Source: an uncultured Actinomycetes bacterium (GTDB taxonomy: Bacteria; Actinomycetota; Thermoleophilia; UBA2241). From it: DNA of 64,000 bases. The notes beneath the pieces are model-generated. The model saw only the letters and a list, made by a program, of their open reading frames with translations. It was not told the DNA's origin and made no database searches. Positions 41,377 through 52,126 of this stretch are shown here, piece by piece; position 1 is the first letter of the stretch, and each line of letters begins with the position of its first letter. A program made the translations under genes and the position numbers. Location: assembly GCA_963833555.1 (NCBI GenBank), contig CAWHYB010000006.1:45331-109330 (forward strand), in the 5' to 3' direction.

Positions 41377-42834
41377 ATGAACGAGCTTAGGGCCGAGCCG
41401 ACCAGTGATGCTGTGCACCTGCAACAGATCGGGTACGAGCAGACGCTGAAACGCGAGTTCGGCTTCTGGTCGGCGTTTGCGGTCGGATTTGCCGACATCT
41501 CGCCGATGGTCGGCATGTACGGCATGTATGCCTTGGCCCTCGCCGCGGCCGGCCCCGTGTTCCTGTGGGGTTTCTTGCCGGTCCTCTTCGGCCAGATCAT
41601 GGTCGCCCTGGTGTTCGGAGAGGTGGCCAGCAACTGGCCGGTCGCCGGCGGTGTCTACCAGTGGACCCGCTGCCTGGTCGGCAAGCGGGTCGCCTGGTTC
41701 GCCGGATGGTCGTACCTCTGGACGCTCACGATCGCCACCGCGGCCCTGGCTCTGGGGGCGGCCAGCTTCCTGGCGCCGGTCCTCGGACTGCACCGGGCCG
41801 GCTATCACACGTTGCTGCCCCTATCCTTGGCGATCCTTGTCTTCGGCAGCCTCGCCAACAGCCTTGCGCAGTGGGCTCTCAGGCTCTTCATGGCGCTGAG
41901 TATCGGCGCCGAGATCATTGCGTCCGGGGTCATCGGCACGCTCTTACTGCTCTTCTACCGTGAACAGCCGCTGTCGCAGCTCTTCACTGGGCTGGGAAGC
42001 GCGCCGAGCCATGGCCTTCTTGGACCCTGGCTCGGCGCGGTCGCGTTCATCGGCTATTCGTTTGTCGGATTCGAAGCGGCCGGGGCGATCGCCGAAGAAG
42101 TCCGGCGCCCCGCCCGGGTCGTCCCGCTCGCGATCGTGCTCGCACTTGTCACGGTAGCGGCGGTGATCATGTACTCGGCTCTTGCTGTCACCCTTGCCAT
42201 CCCGGACCTGAAGCAGGCCATGTCGGGCAACGTCGCCGACCCGGTCGTGGAGACCCTGCGCTACCACTTCGGGCCCGCGGTGACGAGTCCGGTGCTCGCC
42301 ATGATCGCCCTGGGGTTCACGGCGAGCATGGTCGCCGTCCAGACTGCGGTGTCGCGCACTGTCTTTTCTCTTGCCCGAGACGACATGCTGCCTGGATCGA
42401 GATGGCTGCGCGGCCTCCGTGAAGGCAGCCGGCTGCCCGCCCGAGCGATCGTGGTGGTGGGAGCGATCTCGGCGGCGTTTCTGCTGATCTCCAGCACCGA
42501 TCTCTACCAGACCCTCATCTCGTTCACGACATTCGGGTTCTATGTGTCGTTCGCATTCCCAGTCCTGGCTGCTTTGTCCGTTCGTCTGCGACATCGATGG
42601 CGTCCAGGGCCGTTCAGCCTGGGTCCGTGGGGGATCGTCGTCACAGTGGTTGCGTCGGCATGGCTGCTGTTCGAGTGTGTGAACGTGGCGTGGCCGAGGT
42701 TCGACGAGCTTCCCTGGTACCAGAACTACGGGGTCCTCCTCATGGCGGGCACGGTGGGCATGCTGGGGGTCGTCTTGAGTCTCCTGCGGACCGACGTTCA
42801 AAGCGAGGGCCTGGCACTGCCTGGCGAGCGCTGA
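41377..42834 (+). CDS. APC-family amino acid/polyamine permease
   Basis: GYEQTLKREF, PVAGGVYQW, VGFEAAGAIAEEV, SRTVFSLARD, PGPFSLG; 12 TM helices. Confidence 0.93.
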   Translation: MNELRAEPTSDAVHLQQIGYEQTLKREFGFWSAFAVGFADISPMVGMYGMYALALAAAGPVFLWGFLPVLFGQIMVALVFGEVASNWPVAGGVYQWTRCLVGKRVAWFAGWSYLWTLTIATAALALGAASFLAPVLGLHRAGYHTLLPLSLAILVFGSLANSLAQWALRLFMALSIGAEIIASGVIGTLLLLFYREQPLSQLFTGLGSAPSHGLLGPWLGAVAFIGYSFVGFEAAGAIAEEVRRPARVVPLAIVLALVTVAAVIMYSALAVTLAIPDLKQAMSGNVADPVVETLRYHFGPAVTSPVLAMIALGFTASMVAVQTAVSRTVFSLARDDMLPGSRWLRGLREGSRLPARAIVVVGAISAAFLLISSTDLYQTLISFTTFGFYVSFAFPVLAALSVRLRHRWRPGPFSLGPWGIVVTVVASAWLLFECVNVAWPRFDELPWYQNYGVLLMAGTVGMLGVVLSLLRTDVQSEGLALPGER

Positions 42835-42982
42835 CCCCGCGAGCGGGCGAATGCCGTTGTGATCGTCGCGGGCCGGCGGTTCTGCAACGCCGTGAAGTCG
42901 TGGTCCAAATCGGGCACAAATCCGACAGTCCACGACAGAAGTCGGCAGCGGCAGCCACAAGCACAGACGGGAGACGATCACA

Positions 42983-43801
42983 ATGGACACCGTCACATCT
43001 CACGACGGGACGACCATCGCCTACGACGCGCGGGGCGATGGGCCCTCTCTGATCCTCATCGACGGCGCCATGACGAGCAGGGCGAGCGAATCGAAGACCG
43101 AGCTCGTCGCCCTCCTGGCGCCGCACCTTACCGTCTACGCCTACGACCGCCGCGGACGCGGCGACAGCGGCGACACGCCGCCCTACGCGGTCGAGCGCGA
43201 GATCGACGACATCGAGGCGCTGATCGACCGCGCCGGGGGCTCTGCCTTCCTGTACGGTCACTCCTCGGGTGGCTGTCTCGCTCTTGAAGCCGCCAGGGTG
43301 CTCGGCCCGGGCAAGGTCGTCAAGGTCTCAAGCTACGAGGCGCCCTACAACGACGATCCGGCTACGCAGCAGGCCTGGAGCGAGTACCTCCGGGAACTCA
43401 CCGAGGCGCTGGCGGAGGGCCGTCGGGGCGACGCCGTCGCGCTGTTCATGGCCTACGTGGGGACACCGCCCGAACAGATCGCCGGCATGCGACAGGCGCC
43501 CTTCTGGCAGGGCCTCGAAGTGATCGCCCCGACGCTGCGCTACGATCATGCCGGGATCATCGGCCCGACCAACGCGGTGCCGGCGGAGAAGCTGGCCAAG
43601 GTGACGGTGCCCGTCCTCGCCCTGTGCGGCGGCGCGAGCTATCCGTTCATGTGCACGACGGCGCGGACCATCAGCCAGGCCGCCCCTCGTGGCGAGGTCC
43701 GCACACTCGACGGCCAGACCCACGACGTGCAACCGGCAGTCCTCGCCGCGGCGCTGATCGAGTTCCTCACCGCCGGGGCGGAGGGGGCCAAAGCGGCCTG
43801 A
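42983..43801 (+). CDS. Alpha/beta hydrolase
   Basis: SHDGTTIAY, YDRRGRGDSG, GHSSGG nucleophile elbow, GQTH. Confidence 0.92.
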   Translation: MDTVTSHDGTTIAYDARGDGPSLILIDGAMTSRASESKTELVALLAPHLTVYAYDRRGRGDSGDTPPYAVEREIDDIEALIDRAGGSAFLYGHSSGGCLALEAARVLGPGKVVKVSSYEAPYNDDPATQQAWSEYLRELTEALAEGRRGDAVALFMAYVGTPPEQIAGMRQAPFWQGLEVIAPTLRYDHAGIIGPTNAVPAEKLAKVTVPVLALCGGASYPFMCTTARTISQAAPRGEVRTLDGQTHDVQPAVLAAALIEFLTAGAEGAKAA

Positions 43802-43865
43802 CGCCGCTGCCCGATGATGATGTCCCATCGGCGCGTGGCTGGCCAGCCATCGGTGAGGAGGGGCC

Positions 43866-45071
43866 ATGAGCGTGCGGACGCTTGAGGGGCAAGTACGGGC
43901 GCCGGGGGCCGTCCCGCGTCCCGAGGGGCGCGGCATCCGTCTGCACTACATCGACTGGTTGCGCGTGCTGGCCGTGCTGCTGCTCTTCCCGTTCCACACC
44001 TTGCGCGTCTTCAACGCCGACGACCCTTTCTACGTGAAGGCCGCACCACCTGTCGATGGCGGTCACCTACCTGCTCGACTTCATCTCCGTCTGGCACATG
44101 CCGCTGCTCTTCCTGCTGGCCGGCGTCTCGACCTACTTCGCGCTCGGCAAGCGCAGCACCGGGCAGTACGTGGGCGAACGTTTCAAGCGGCTGGGGATCC
44201 CGTTCGTCTTCGGCTTCCTCGTGCTGATCCCGCCGCAGACCTGGTACGGAGGACGCGCTTCAACTCGGGGTACGGCGAGTCGTTCTGGCACTACATGATC
44301 AGCGGCGACTTGCTCAAGTGAACCACGTCAAGGACGGCGGCGACTACTACGGCGGCTTCGGGATCGGCCACCTCTGGTTCATCGCGCTCCTGCTGCTGAT
44401 GTCGCTCGTCGTACTGCCGCTGTTCGTGTGGGGGCGGGGTGGGCGAGGCGGCGCGTTCCTGCAAGGCTTCTCTCGCCGCCTCGCCCACCCCGCCTGGTGG
44501 CTGCTGGCCGCGTTCCTGCTGTTGCGTCTTCCAGGCGCTGCCCGACCCGACCGGCCTCGGGTTCTTCTACTACCTGGTGTTCTTCGTGCTCGGCTACCTG
44601 GCCGTCTGCGATGCCGCAGTTCATGGAGGCCGCCGAGCGCTTTCGCCTGCCCGGCGCTGGCGCTCGGCATCCCGCTGTCCGCATTCTGGTCTGTCAGCGT
44701 CAGAACTACCGCGACGCGCTGCCCGACCCCTCGTGGCGGCTTGCGGGCTTGATCTTCCTCGGCATGCTGGCGTCGTGGCTGATGATCGTCGGGCTGCTGG
44801 GCTACGGACGGCACTACCTCGACCGCACGTCGCCCGCGCTCGCCTACCTGGCCGAGGGGTCGTACCCGGTCTACATCCTGCACCAGACGGTGATCGTGGT
44901 CATCGCCTTCTACGTCGTCGGGATGCCGGGACCGGAGCCGCTGCAGTGGCTCGCGCTGCTCGCGGTCGTCGGTGGCCGTGCACGTTCGCCCTCTACGAAG
45001 GCGTGCGGCGCTGGGCGGGCACGCGCTTCCTGTTCGGGATGCGGCCCAAGAAGATGCGCGCACCTGGATGA
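43866..45071 (+). CDS. Acyltransferase family 3 (OpgC/MdoC-like) membrane protein; several indels
   Basis: RLHYIDWLRV, WHMPLLFLLAG, ERFKRLGIP, HLWFI, SYPVYILHQ. Confidence 0.87.
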
Positions 45072-45112
45072 CGTCGTCTTCCGCCGGAGCAGGTTCCGGC
45101 AGCGGGGAGCGC

Positions 45113-45144
45113 GAGGGGGCGGGGATCTCAATCCCCGCCCCCTC
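45113..45144. repeat. Palindromic element, copy 1
   Basis: GAGGGGGCGGGGAT-CTCA-ATCCCCGCCCCCTC, perfect 14-bp stem; shares 16 identical nt with 46648-46663. Confidence 0.7.
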
Positions 45145-45198
45145 CTGTACTATGGACATCAGCTCATCCGTTCTCGGTCCGCGTCTAGGGGGTCAACC

Positions 45199-46590
45199 AT
45201 GCGCAGGATCTCGCTCACCCGCTCCCTGTCCACGCTCGTCGTCCTCGGGCTGCTTGCGCTGGGACTGCTCGCCCTGGCGCCGGTCGCCGGGGCGGCCCTG
45301 CCCCCTGCAGGCGACTGGGCCTGGACGACTCCATACGCCCCGGTGTCCGGCCCTCACGCCTTCCGAGCGGCCACCGCCGGCCCGGGCTTCTCGTTCTACA
45401 CGGCCGGAGACGACTGGTCCGGGCAATGGATCGTGAACCGCGTCGACACCGGCGCCGACAGCGAGGGAAGCACTTACTGGACCGACACGCGTACGGGGCC
45501 GGACGGGAACGGCGCGTCGGCCTCGTTTCTCGCGACAGACCGCACCAAGAACCTGTACGTCGTCGGGCAGGACAAGACCCATGGCGGCGACATCTTCCTC
45601 GTGAAGTACAGCCCCGCCGGGGCCGTCCTCTGGCAAAAGAGCTGGGACGGCCCCGCGCACCTGGACGACTGGCCGCAGGGGCTGGCCGTGACCGCCGGCG
45701 GCACGGTGTTCATCGCCGGGAGGATCGGCAAGACCGCGGGCTACGACGACGCCGTGCTGCTCAAGTACAGCGCCGCCGGCCGCCTGCTGTGGAAGTACGT
45801 CATGGCGACGACCCTCTATGACTCGTTCGAGGGCGTCGCCGTCGACGGCACCGGCAACGCCTATGTCACCGGCTTGCGCAACGCCACGGTGGGCTCGAGC
45901 ACGATGGTCACCCTCAAGGTCGACCCGAACGGTCACAAGGTCTGGCAGCGCTCGATCGCCGGCTTGGGTATCTACTACAGCGGCGAGTTCATCAAGCTGA
46001 AGGGCACGGCGGTCTACGTGGCCGGCACCCTCAACAAGTGGGCGACGTGGCCGGTGGTCGCCAAGTACAGCCTGGCCGGCAAGCGGGCCTATGCCTGGAC
46101 GCCGGGCGGCTACGTCGACAGCGTCGACGACATGACGGTCGATGCCAAAGGCCGGGTGGTGCTCATCGGGACCTTCGGCGTCAACCTGGGCGGCGGCGAT
46201 GACATCACGACCTCCTGGGTCGACGTGCTGGCCGCCGACGGGTCCGATCGGATCGCTTCCGGGATGTACTACGCCGACTACGGTGTTGGCAACAGGTATC
46301 CGATCTTCTTCCACGATGTCGCGGTCGACGCGGACGGCAGCATCTACTGCGCAGGCGAGTGGCGTACGAACGCAGCCAGCACCGAGGGCAACGCCCTGGT
46401 GGCCCGGATCCCGTCGCCCGACGCCGGCCTCGGCTTCAGCATGGACAAGATCTGGCGCTTCGATGGTCAGGCCTCGGGTATCGACTCCTTCTGGGGCCTC
46501 ATGATCAAGAAAGCCGATGGGACCTACGCCGTGGGCACGGAGTGGACCGGCACGGGCGCCAAGGCGTTCGCCCACAGGATCCAGCCGTAG
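45199..46590 (+). CDS. Secreted beta-propeller protein (SBBP-type repeats)
   Basis: Signal peptide; repeats of VKYS..G..LW...W/Y and AVDGTGNAYVTG. Confidence 0.8.
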   Translation: MRRISLTRSLSTLVVLGLLALGLLALAPVAGAALPPAGDWAWTTPYAPVSGPHAFRAATAGPGFSFYTAGDDWSGQWIVNRVDTGADSEGSTYWTDTRTGPDGNGASASFLATDRTKNLYVVGQDKTHGGDIFLVKYSPAGAVLWQKSWDGPAHLDDWPQGLAVTAGGTVFIAGRIGKTAGYDDAVLLKYSAAGRLLWKYVMATTLYDSFEGVAVDGTGNAYVTGLRNATVGSSTMVTLKVDPNGHKVWQRSIAGLGIYYSGEFIKLKGTAVYVAGTLNKWATWPVVAKYSLAGKRAYAWTPGGYVDSVDDMTVDAKGRVVLIGTFGVNLGGGDDITTSWVDVLAADGSDRIASGMYYADYGVGNRYPIFFHDVAVDADGSIYCAGEWRTNAASTEGNALVARIPSPDAGLGFSMDKIWRFDGQASGIDSFWGLMIKKADGTYAVGTEWTGTGAKAFAHRIQP

Positions 46591-46645
46591 GCGGGTCAAC
46601 GATACGCGTCTTTGCGATGCCGGCAGCGCCCCGGTGTGGGCAGTG

Positions 46646-46682
46646 GAGAGGGGGCGGGGATCTGGGAGCCCCGCCCCCTCTC
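46646..46682. repeat. Palindromic element, copy 2 (also a candidate bidirectional terminator)
   Basis: GAGAGGGGGCGGGG-ATCTGGGAG-CCCCGCCCCCTCTC between convergent genes. Confidence 0.7.
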
Positions 46683-46714
46683 GCGTCGTCGGTCGAGCGC
46701 AGTTGCCAGCCGAG

Positions 46715-48549
46715 CTACGGCAGGCGCGCCCCGTAGATGTCCTGGTCGAGGCCGCCGGCGTGCGGCGACTGGTCGCCCGACCACGTCCCCGTCGTCGAGT
46801 CGAAGGTCCGGGACTGCACCACGTCGGCCCCGTCGTTGTCGTCGCTTGCGGCCTCTCGCGGATCGGTGCCGGCGACCGTGTTGCGCCAGTCCGTCCAGGC
46901 CGCGAAGCCCGTAGAGCCGACCAGCTCACCCACAGGTAGTCGCCGGCGAACGGCACCGTGCCGGTCGTCGAACTGTTCGCAGTTGGGATTGGACATGACG
47001 TCGGTCAGCTTCGTCGCCGCTGAAGACCACGTCGCGCCCTTGTCGCTCGACGACGAGCTGAAGACGTCGAGCGACGGGCCTGTCATCGCCGGACGCGTCG
47101 TTGCCGACGGGCCGCGCCGGCGAGTACGAGGGATCGTTGCGGCTGTCCCACCAGATGGCGACCAGCCTGCTGCCCGAGACCGCGATGTCCGGGAAGAGCT
47201 GGTGGCCGGCGGCCTGGTCGTCGACGAGCTTCGGCGCCGTCGCCGCGCCGGTGGCGCCGTTCAGGCGGATGAAGTAGATCGCCGGACTGACTGCCCGTGC
47301 CCGACCCGACCGAGCCGTAGGTCGTGCCCGTGGCGACCTCGGTGCCCGGCTTCGTCGGGTCGTAGACGATGTACACGTAGTGGTTGCTCGCCTTCTGGTC
47401 GGCGATCGAGCGCACCTGCGTGTCGCGCCGGAAGAACGTGTAGCCCGACTGCACCGCGTCGGTGACGTCGCCGCCGTCGCGGGCCACCGAGCCGTCGGGG
47501 TAGCGGTCCTCGGCGTCGTAGGGGGTGAAGGTGGTGACGATGCGCGGCATGCTGAAGCGTCTGGCCGCCGTCGGTCGACTTCACGTAGACGACCGCGTCG
47601 GGCTGGCCGCCCTGCGCCCCGTACTGGCGGAAGGTGACGTAGACGTCGCCGTTGCCGGTGATCGCGATGTCGGGGTTCTGGACGTCGTGGATGGACGGCC
47701 GTCAGACCTTCATGGGCTTCGACCACGTCTTCCCGTGATCGGTCGAGCGCACGAAGTAGATGCCCACGCCGCCGTTGCCGGTGAAGCGCGACCACGAGAA
47801 GTAGACGTTGCCCTTGTGCGAGCTCGTCGTGCGGTCGGCCTCGATCGCCGTCTTGTCGTTGAACTTGCCGAGCAGGTTCGGCGCCGAGGAGCCCTTGGCC
47901 ACCGTGACCGAGCGCGACGAAGCGCTTGCCGTCGTTCAGGGTGTTGCCGCCGGGTCCGTCGGGATTGACGAAGGTCGCCACCCACTCGTCGCCGAAGGTC
48001 TTCAGCGAGCCGGCCGGGTCGTCGGAGCTCTCCGAGCCCATGAACACACGGCCCTGCGAGTCCCAGGCGATCACGGGGTCGCCCGACGAGGCGGTACGGA
48101 TCTGGGCGAGCGCCGCGTACGGCGAGGTGTCACCCGGGTAGCCGGGCACGAGCGAGCTCCGGAAGCTCGTCGCCGCCGTTCTCCGAGCGGTAGTAGCCCA
48201 GCCAGATGGGACCGGAGGCGACGAAGTTGGGGAACGTCGAGAAGGCGTAGACCCCGGCGTAGTCGTTCGAGCTGCCGATGATCACCCGCGGATCGCGCGG
48301 GTCGATCTCGACGGCCGGCTCGTTCTGTCGGCCCCGGGCGATCGAGGCCTCGGTGATGACGGGATCGGTATAGGCGATGCCCGTGGCGAGCGTGTAGGCG
48401 CTGATGTAGCCGCTCGCCGTCGGCGAATCGTTGCTCAGGCGGACGTTGCCCGGCACACCGGCGGCGGCGAGTAGCGGGACGAGCAGCAAGACTAGGATCA
48501 ATCCCACGGTGGCTCCGACGAGCACCGCCCAGCGGTGTCTGCGCTTCAT
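46715..48549 (-). CDS. Secreted BNR/Asp-box (sialidase-like) beta-propeller protein; several indels
   Basis: Signal peptide; QNEPAV, RSENGG, SGDPVIAWD, FNDKTAI, RSTDHGKTWS, KSTDGGQT, SSDKGATWS, GDYL. Confidence 0.8.
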
Positions 48550-48689
48550 CTTGACCCCCTTCGGTCGCGAGACGCGTGCCCGATGCGTCTACCCAGATCG
48601 GGCGAAGGTATGAAACGTTGTGTGAGCCGGGCCGCTGGGCGGAGACCGTGCGGATGCTCCGTCCTCGGCCCCGTGCTACAGTGCCGAGG

Positions 48690-50567
48690 ATGAGTGCTCG
48701 ACGACTCATGCTCCCGGCCCTCGTCGTTGCGGCCTTGGCGTTGATCGTGATCGCCGCGGCCCAGGCCACCGTAACGCACCGCACCGCGACCCCCTCGCCG
48801 GCCGACGCCGTGGCGCTGCAAAGCGACCGGCAGCACACGCTCCAGGTGGTCGCCAACGTCAGGGCAAAGCCGCCGAGCGTGCCCGTCGTGTACCTGCTCG
48901 GCGGCACGGGCGCCAGGGAGTGCATCGTGAGCGAGGGGGGCTGGGCCGCCGGCGTCAAGGACGCCGGCGGCCCAGCCGCCCTCACCTACGACCTCGCCTC
49001 GCGCGGGCGCACGACCGCGCTCGACCTCAAGCTCGTGGCCGCGTTGCCCAAGGCGCCCACGGCATCCAAGGCGCCCACGATCGTGTTCATCGGCGTGGAC
49101 CTGGGGCGGTTCACGCCGGCGCCGTCCTCGCCCGCGCTGGCACTGCCGGCGCCTCTCGAGCCGCTGCCGGCCTGGGAACAGCACCACTACTCTGCGCCGC
49201 TCAGCCTCGCCAAAAAGCAGGCGCTCGTGCGCGCCTGGCTCGCCCATCGCTACTCCGCGTTCAAGCGGAACTACGCCTACAACCTGGGGATGCTCGACAA
49301 GCTCATCAAGGCGGTCACGGCCAAAGGCTTCCATCCCGTGCTGCTCGACCTGCCACGCGACAAGGCGGTCATCGGATCTGCGCTCGACGTTCCCATCGCC
49401 CGCTACCACCGGAGCTGCAAGGCGCTCGCAGCGAGGTACGGCATTCCCTGGGTCGACCTGAGCAAGGCGGCGGGGCTCAGGAACAGCGACTTCCACGACC
49501 TCTGGGATCTGGTTGGCCAAGGACGTGCCACCTGGCAGCGGCTCCTGGCGGCGCGCACGGCGACGTTGCTCGCCAGGTACGCAACGACCGAGTTCCAGCC
49601 GTCGGCGCCCTACTATGCGACGTTCCTGTACCCCTGGTACAGGAACGTCGCCACCGATGGCCGCTACAGCTACTGGCAGGACGGAGGCAACCACCCGCCG
49701 AACACCTGGTTCAGCCACTATCTGCCGGACCTCGGCGCCGCGACGTTCGATCCCGCCTCAGAGCTCTACAGCAGCCTCGACTATGCCACCTTCAAATGGC
49801 AGCTCGCCAAGATGGCCGAAGCACGTCAGGAGGTGGCGATCACGTCGTGGTTCGGCCAGGGGACGAAGCAGGACGTCGCCATCGCTACCTACCTCGACGA
49901 CTTCATGAAGCGCCCCGACAACCCCTATCCGAACCTGCGCTTCGCGCTCTACTACGAACAGGAGGGCTTCGGCGATCCGACGGTCAGCCGGCTCGTCGAC
50001 GACCTGACCTACATCAGGAACAGGTACGCATCAAGCCCGTACTTCCTGAAGGTCGGCGGGAAGCCGGTCATCTTCGTCTACGGCAACGGCTCCGACGGCG
50101 CCGCGACGAGCAAGCGCTGGAAGGACGCGAACGCTCAGCTCGGCAACGCCTTCTACTACGTTCTCAAGGTGTACTCGGGCTACGCGGGCGATCCGAACCA
50201 GCCGAGCTCGTGGCACCAGTACGGGCCGTCCTCTCGCTACGGCAGTTTCGGTGGCTACTCGACCTTCGTCAGCCCCGGGTTCTGGAAGGACGCTCCCGGT
50301 GAGACGGTGCGCCTCCCTCGTGACCTCGCTGCGTTCTCTGTCGCAGTCGCTGCGATGGTCAAGGCCCCGACGACCTGGAAGCTCGTCGAGACCTGGAACG
50401 AATGGGGCGAAGGGTCGTCGGTCGAGCCGGGGCAGCAGACGATGATCGACGCGACGGGACGAGAGGTCCTGGACCCGGACGGCGCGCCCTTCGGCAACGC
50501 GTACGTGCGGGCGCTGGCCGACAGTCTGCCCCCCCTGGAGGCGGGCACAGGTACTGTGCAGCCCTGA
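48690..50567 (+). CDS. Secreted fusion of an SGNH/DltD-like domain and a GH99-like glycoside hydrolase domain
   Basis: Signal/TM; N-domain LLGGTGARE...FHDLWDL; C-domain YATFLYPWY, LYSSLD, FALYYE, GKPVIFVY, VSPGF, TWNEWGEGSSVEP. Confidence 0.75.
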   Translation: MSARRLMLPALVVAALALIVIAAAQATVTHRTATPSPADAVALQSDRQHTLQVVANVRAKPPSVPVVYLLGGTGARECIVSEGGWAAGVKDAGGPAALTYDLASRGRTTALDLKLVAALPKAPTASKAPTIVFIGVDLGRFTPAPSSPALALPAPLEPLPAWEQHHYSAPLSLAKKQALVRAWLAHRYSAFKRNYAYNLGMLDKLIKAVTAKGFHPVLLDLPRDKAVIGSALDVPIARYHRSCKALAARYGIPWVDLSKAAGLRNSDFHDLWDLVGQGRATWQRLLAARTATLLARYATTEFQPSAPYYATFLYPWYRNVATDGRYSYWQDGGNHPPNTWFSHYLPDLGAATFDPASELYSSLDYATFKWQLAKMAEARQEVAITSWFGQGTKQDVAIATYLDDFMKRPDNPYPNLRFALYYEQEGFGDPTVSRLVDDLTYIRNRYASSPYFLKVGGKPVIFVYGNGSDGAATSKRWKDANAQLGNAFYYVLKVYSGYAGDPNQPSSWHQYGPSSRYGSFGGYSTFVSPGFWKDAPGETVRLPRDLAAFSVAVAAMVKAPTTWKLVETWNEWGEGSSVEPGQQTMIDATGREVLDPDGAPFGNAYVRALADSLPPLEAGTGTVQP

Positions 50568-50692
50568 CGAGGGTCGTCGTCCGACACACGTAGCAGGCCT
50601 AGTTGACAGTCTTCCCCAGGGCTCCTACCGTGGGTGACTTGCCGCAGTACTTCTCTTCTGCCCCCGCAGATCCGATCAAGGAGGGACGGGCA

Positions 50693-52126
50693 GTGTCTCG
50701 TACCAAACTCAACCTCATCGTCACCGCAGTCGCCGTCGCCGTGCTTTCGATCGCGGCCTTCGCCATGTCGTCGACACACTCGAGTGCGCGCGCCGCGACG
50801 GCCGACCCCGTCGCCTACTCGTTCATCGTGTGGGGCGACATACGGCCCGGGAGCACTGCGCTTCATGCGTCGTATTCAGCCGGGTGGCAACACGTGCGCG
50901 ACAAGATGGCCGCCACGCCGCACGCCTTCGACGTCGTCGTCGGCGACCTGGTCAACATCACGAGCAGCGACAGCCTGGCGACCGACAACGCCAAGTACGC
51001 CGACTTCTTCACGGCGCTGGGCTCGATCAAGTCGATCCCGAAAGCCTACGTGAGCGGCAACCACGAGAGCGTAGGTCAGTCGGCCGCCGCCGCAGCGGCA
51101 TGGGAGAAGAACATCCACCCCGCCCACTACGACGTGTTCACCCACGGCGCCGGCACGGCCGCATCGCCTCGGGTCGTCGTCATCGACCTGGCGACGTTCG
51201 AGGCCGGCTACAGTGGCCGCATCGGCTACGTCGCCGAGGGGAGTGCGAAGAACAGCGCCCAGGCGAACTGGCTCGTCGATCAGCTTCGCGCCCACGCACA
51301 GGACGCGCACACCTTCGTGGTCATCAACATGCATGTGCCGCTGGCCGACCCGAAGCCGGGCGAGTACTACGTCTCCAGTCCCGAGCGGCCGGCTCTCGAG
51401 ACGCTCTTCGCCAAATACGGTGTCGACCTGGTCGTCGCCGGCCACGTCCACGCCTACATCCGCCACATGATGCCAGACGGCACGCCGTACATCGTCCAGG
51501 GCATGGCGGGCGCCGACCCCGTCGGCGAGTCCTACGCCACGGCAACCTCGCCGGGCACCGACGCCATCCGCATCGGCTCGGACTCCACGGGCAAGCAGTA
51601 CGGTTTCACCAAGTTCGATGTCACGACCACCGGTCGGCTGCTTGCGACGACCTACGTCACGAAGGACACGAACTGGGCCTGGCGCATCGGCGACACGTTC
51701 GAGGTCCCGCAGCAGCCCCAGACCAGCCCCAGTCCCAGCCCGAGCCCGACGCCGACCACCGTGCTGGTCTCACGGGGCCAGCCGGCCGGAGCCTCGAGCA
51801 TTCGCACCGGCCACGGGGCGAGACGCGCCAACGACGGCCTCGTCACGACGCGCTGGGCGGCATCGAGCAGGAAGTTCCCCCAGTGGTGGAGGGTCGACCT
51901 CGGCAGTGCCCAGACGGTGATGCGGGTGCGTGTACGGTTCTACGATCCCGCCGGCACGCCGCGCACCTACGCCTACAAGATCCAGCGCTCGCGCGATCGA
52001 CAGACGTGGACGAAGTGGAACTCTGGCCAGTCGGCCCGCTACATACGGATCTACGTCACCGGACTTCGCAAGGGCCGGGGGGCCGCCTCTATCGTCGAGG
52101 CCAGAGTCTTCGCACCCGCGCCGTAG
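50693..52126 (+). CDS. Secreted metallophosphoesterase with a C-terminal F5/8 type C (CBM32/discoidin) domain
   Basis: WGD, VGDLV, GNHE, MH, AGHVH; PS-repeat linker; ANDG...TRWA...PQWWRVDLG...ARYIRI; AAGGAGG RBS. Confidence 0.87.
   Translation: MSRTKLNLIVTAVAVAVLSIAAFAMSSTHSSARAATADPVAYSFIVWGDIRPGSTALHASYSAGWQHVRDKMAATPHAFDVVVGDLVNITSSDSLATDNAKYADFFTALGSIKSIPKAYVSGNHESVGQSAAAAAAWEKNIHPAHYDVFTHGAGTAASPRVVVIDLATFEAGYSGRIGYVAEGSAKNSAQANWLVDQLRAHAQDAHTFVVINMHVPLADPKPGEYYVSSPERPALETLFAKYGVDLVVAGHVHAYIRHMMPDGTPYIVQGMAGADPVGESYATATSPGTDAIRIGSDSTGKQYGFTKFDVTTTGRLLATTYVTKDTNWAWRIGDTFEVPQQPQTSPSPSPSPTPTTVLVSRGQPAGASSIRTGHGARRANDGLVTTRWAASSRKFPQWWRVDLGSAQTVMRVRVRFYDPAGTPRTYAYKIQRSRDRQTWTKWNSGQSARYIRIYVTGLRKGRGAASIVEARVFAPAP

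Noticed and set aside
46638-46666. G-quadruplex motif
   Set aside because: The G-runs are part of a perfect hairpin that would compete with it, and such runs are expected by chance at this GC content.
38401-52126. Amber recoding (pyrrolysine or alternative genetic code) suggested by two in-frame TAGs
   Set aside because: TAG is the normal stop of many intact genes here (for example 3095, 7534, 35436, 46590), and there are no pyl genes in the window.
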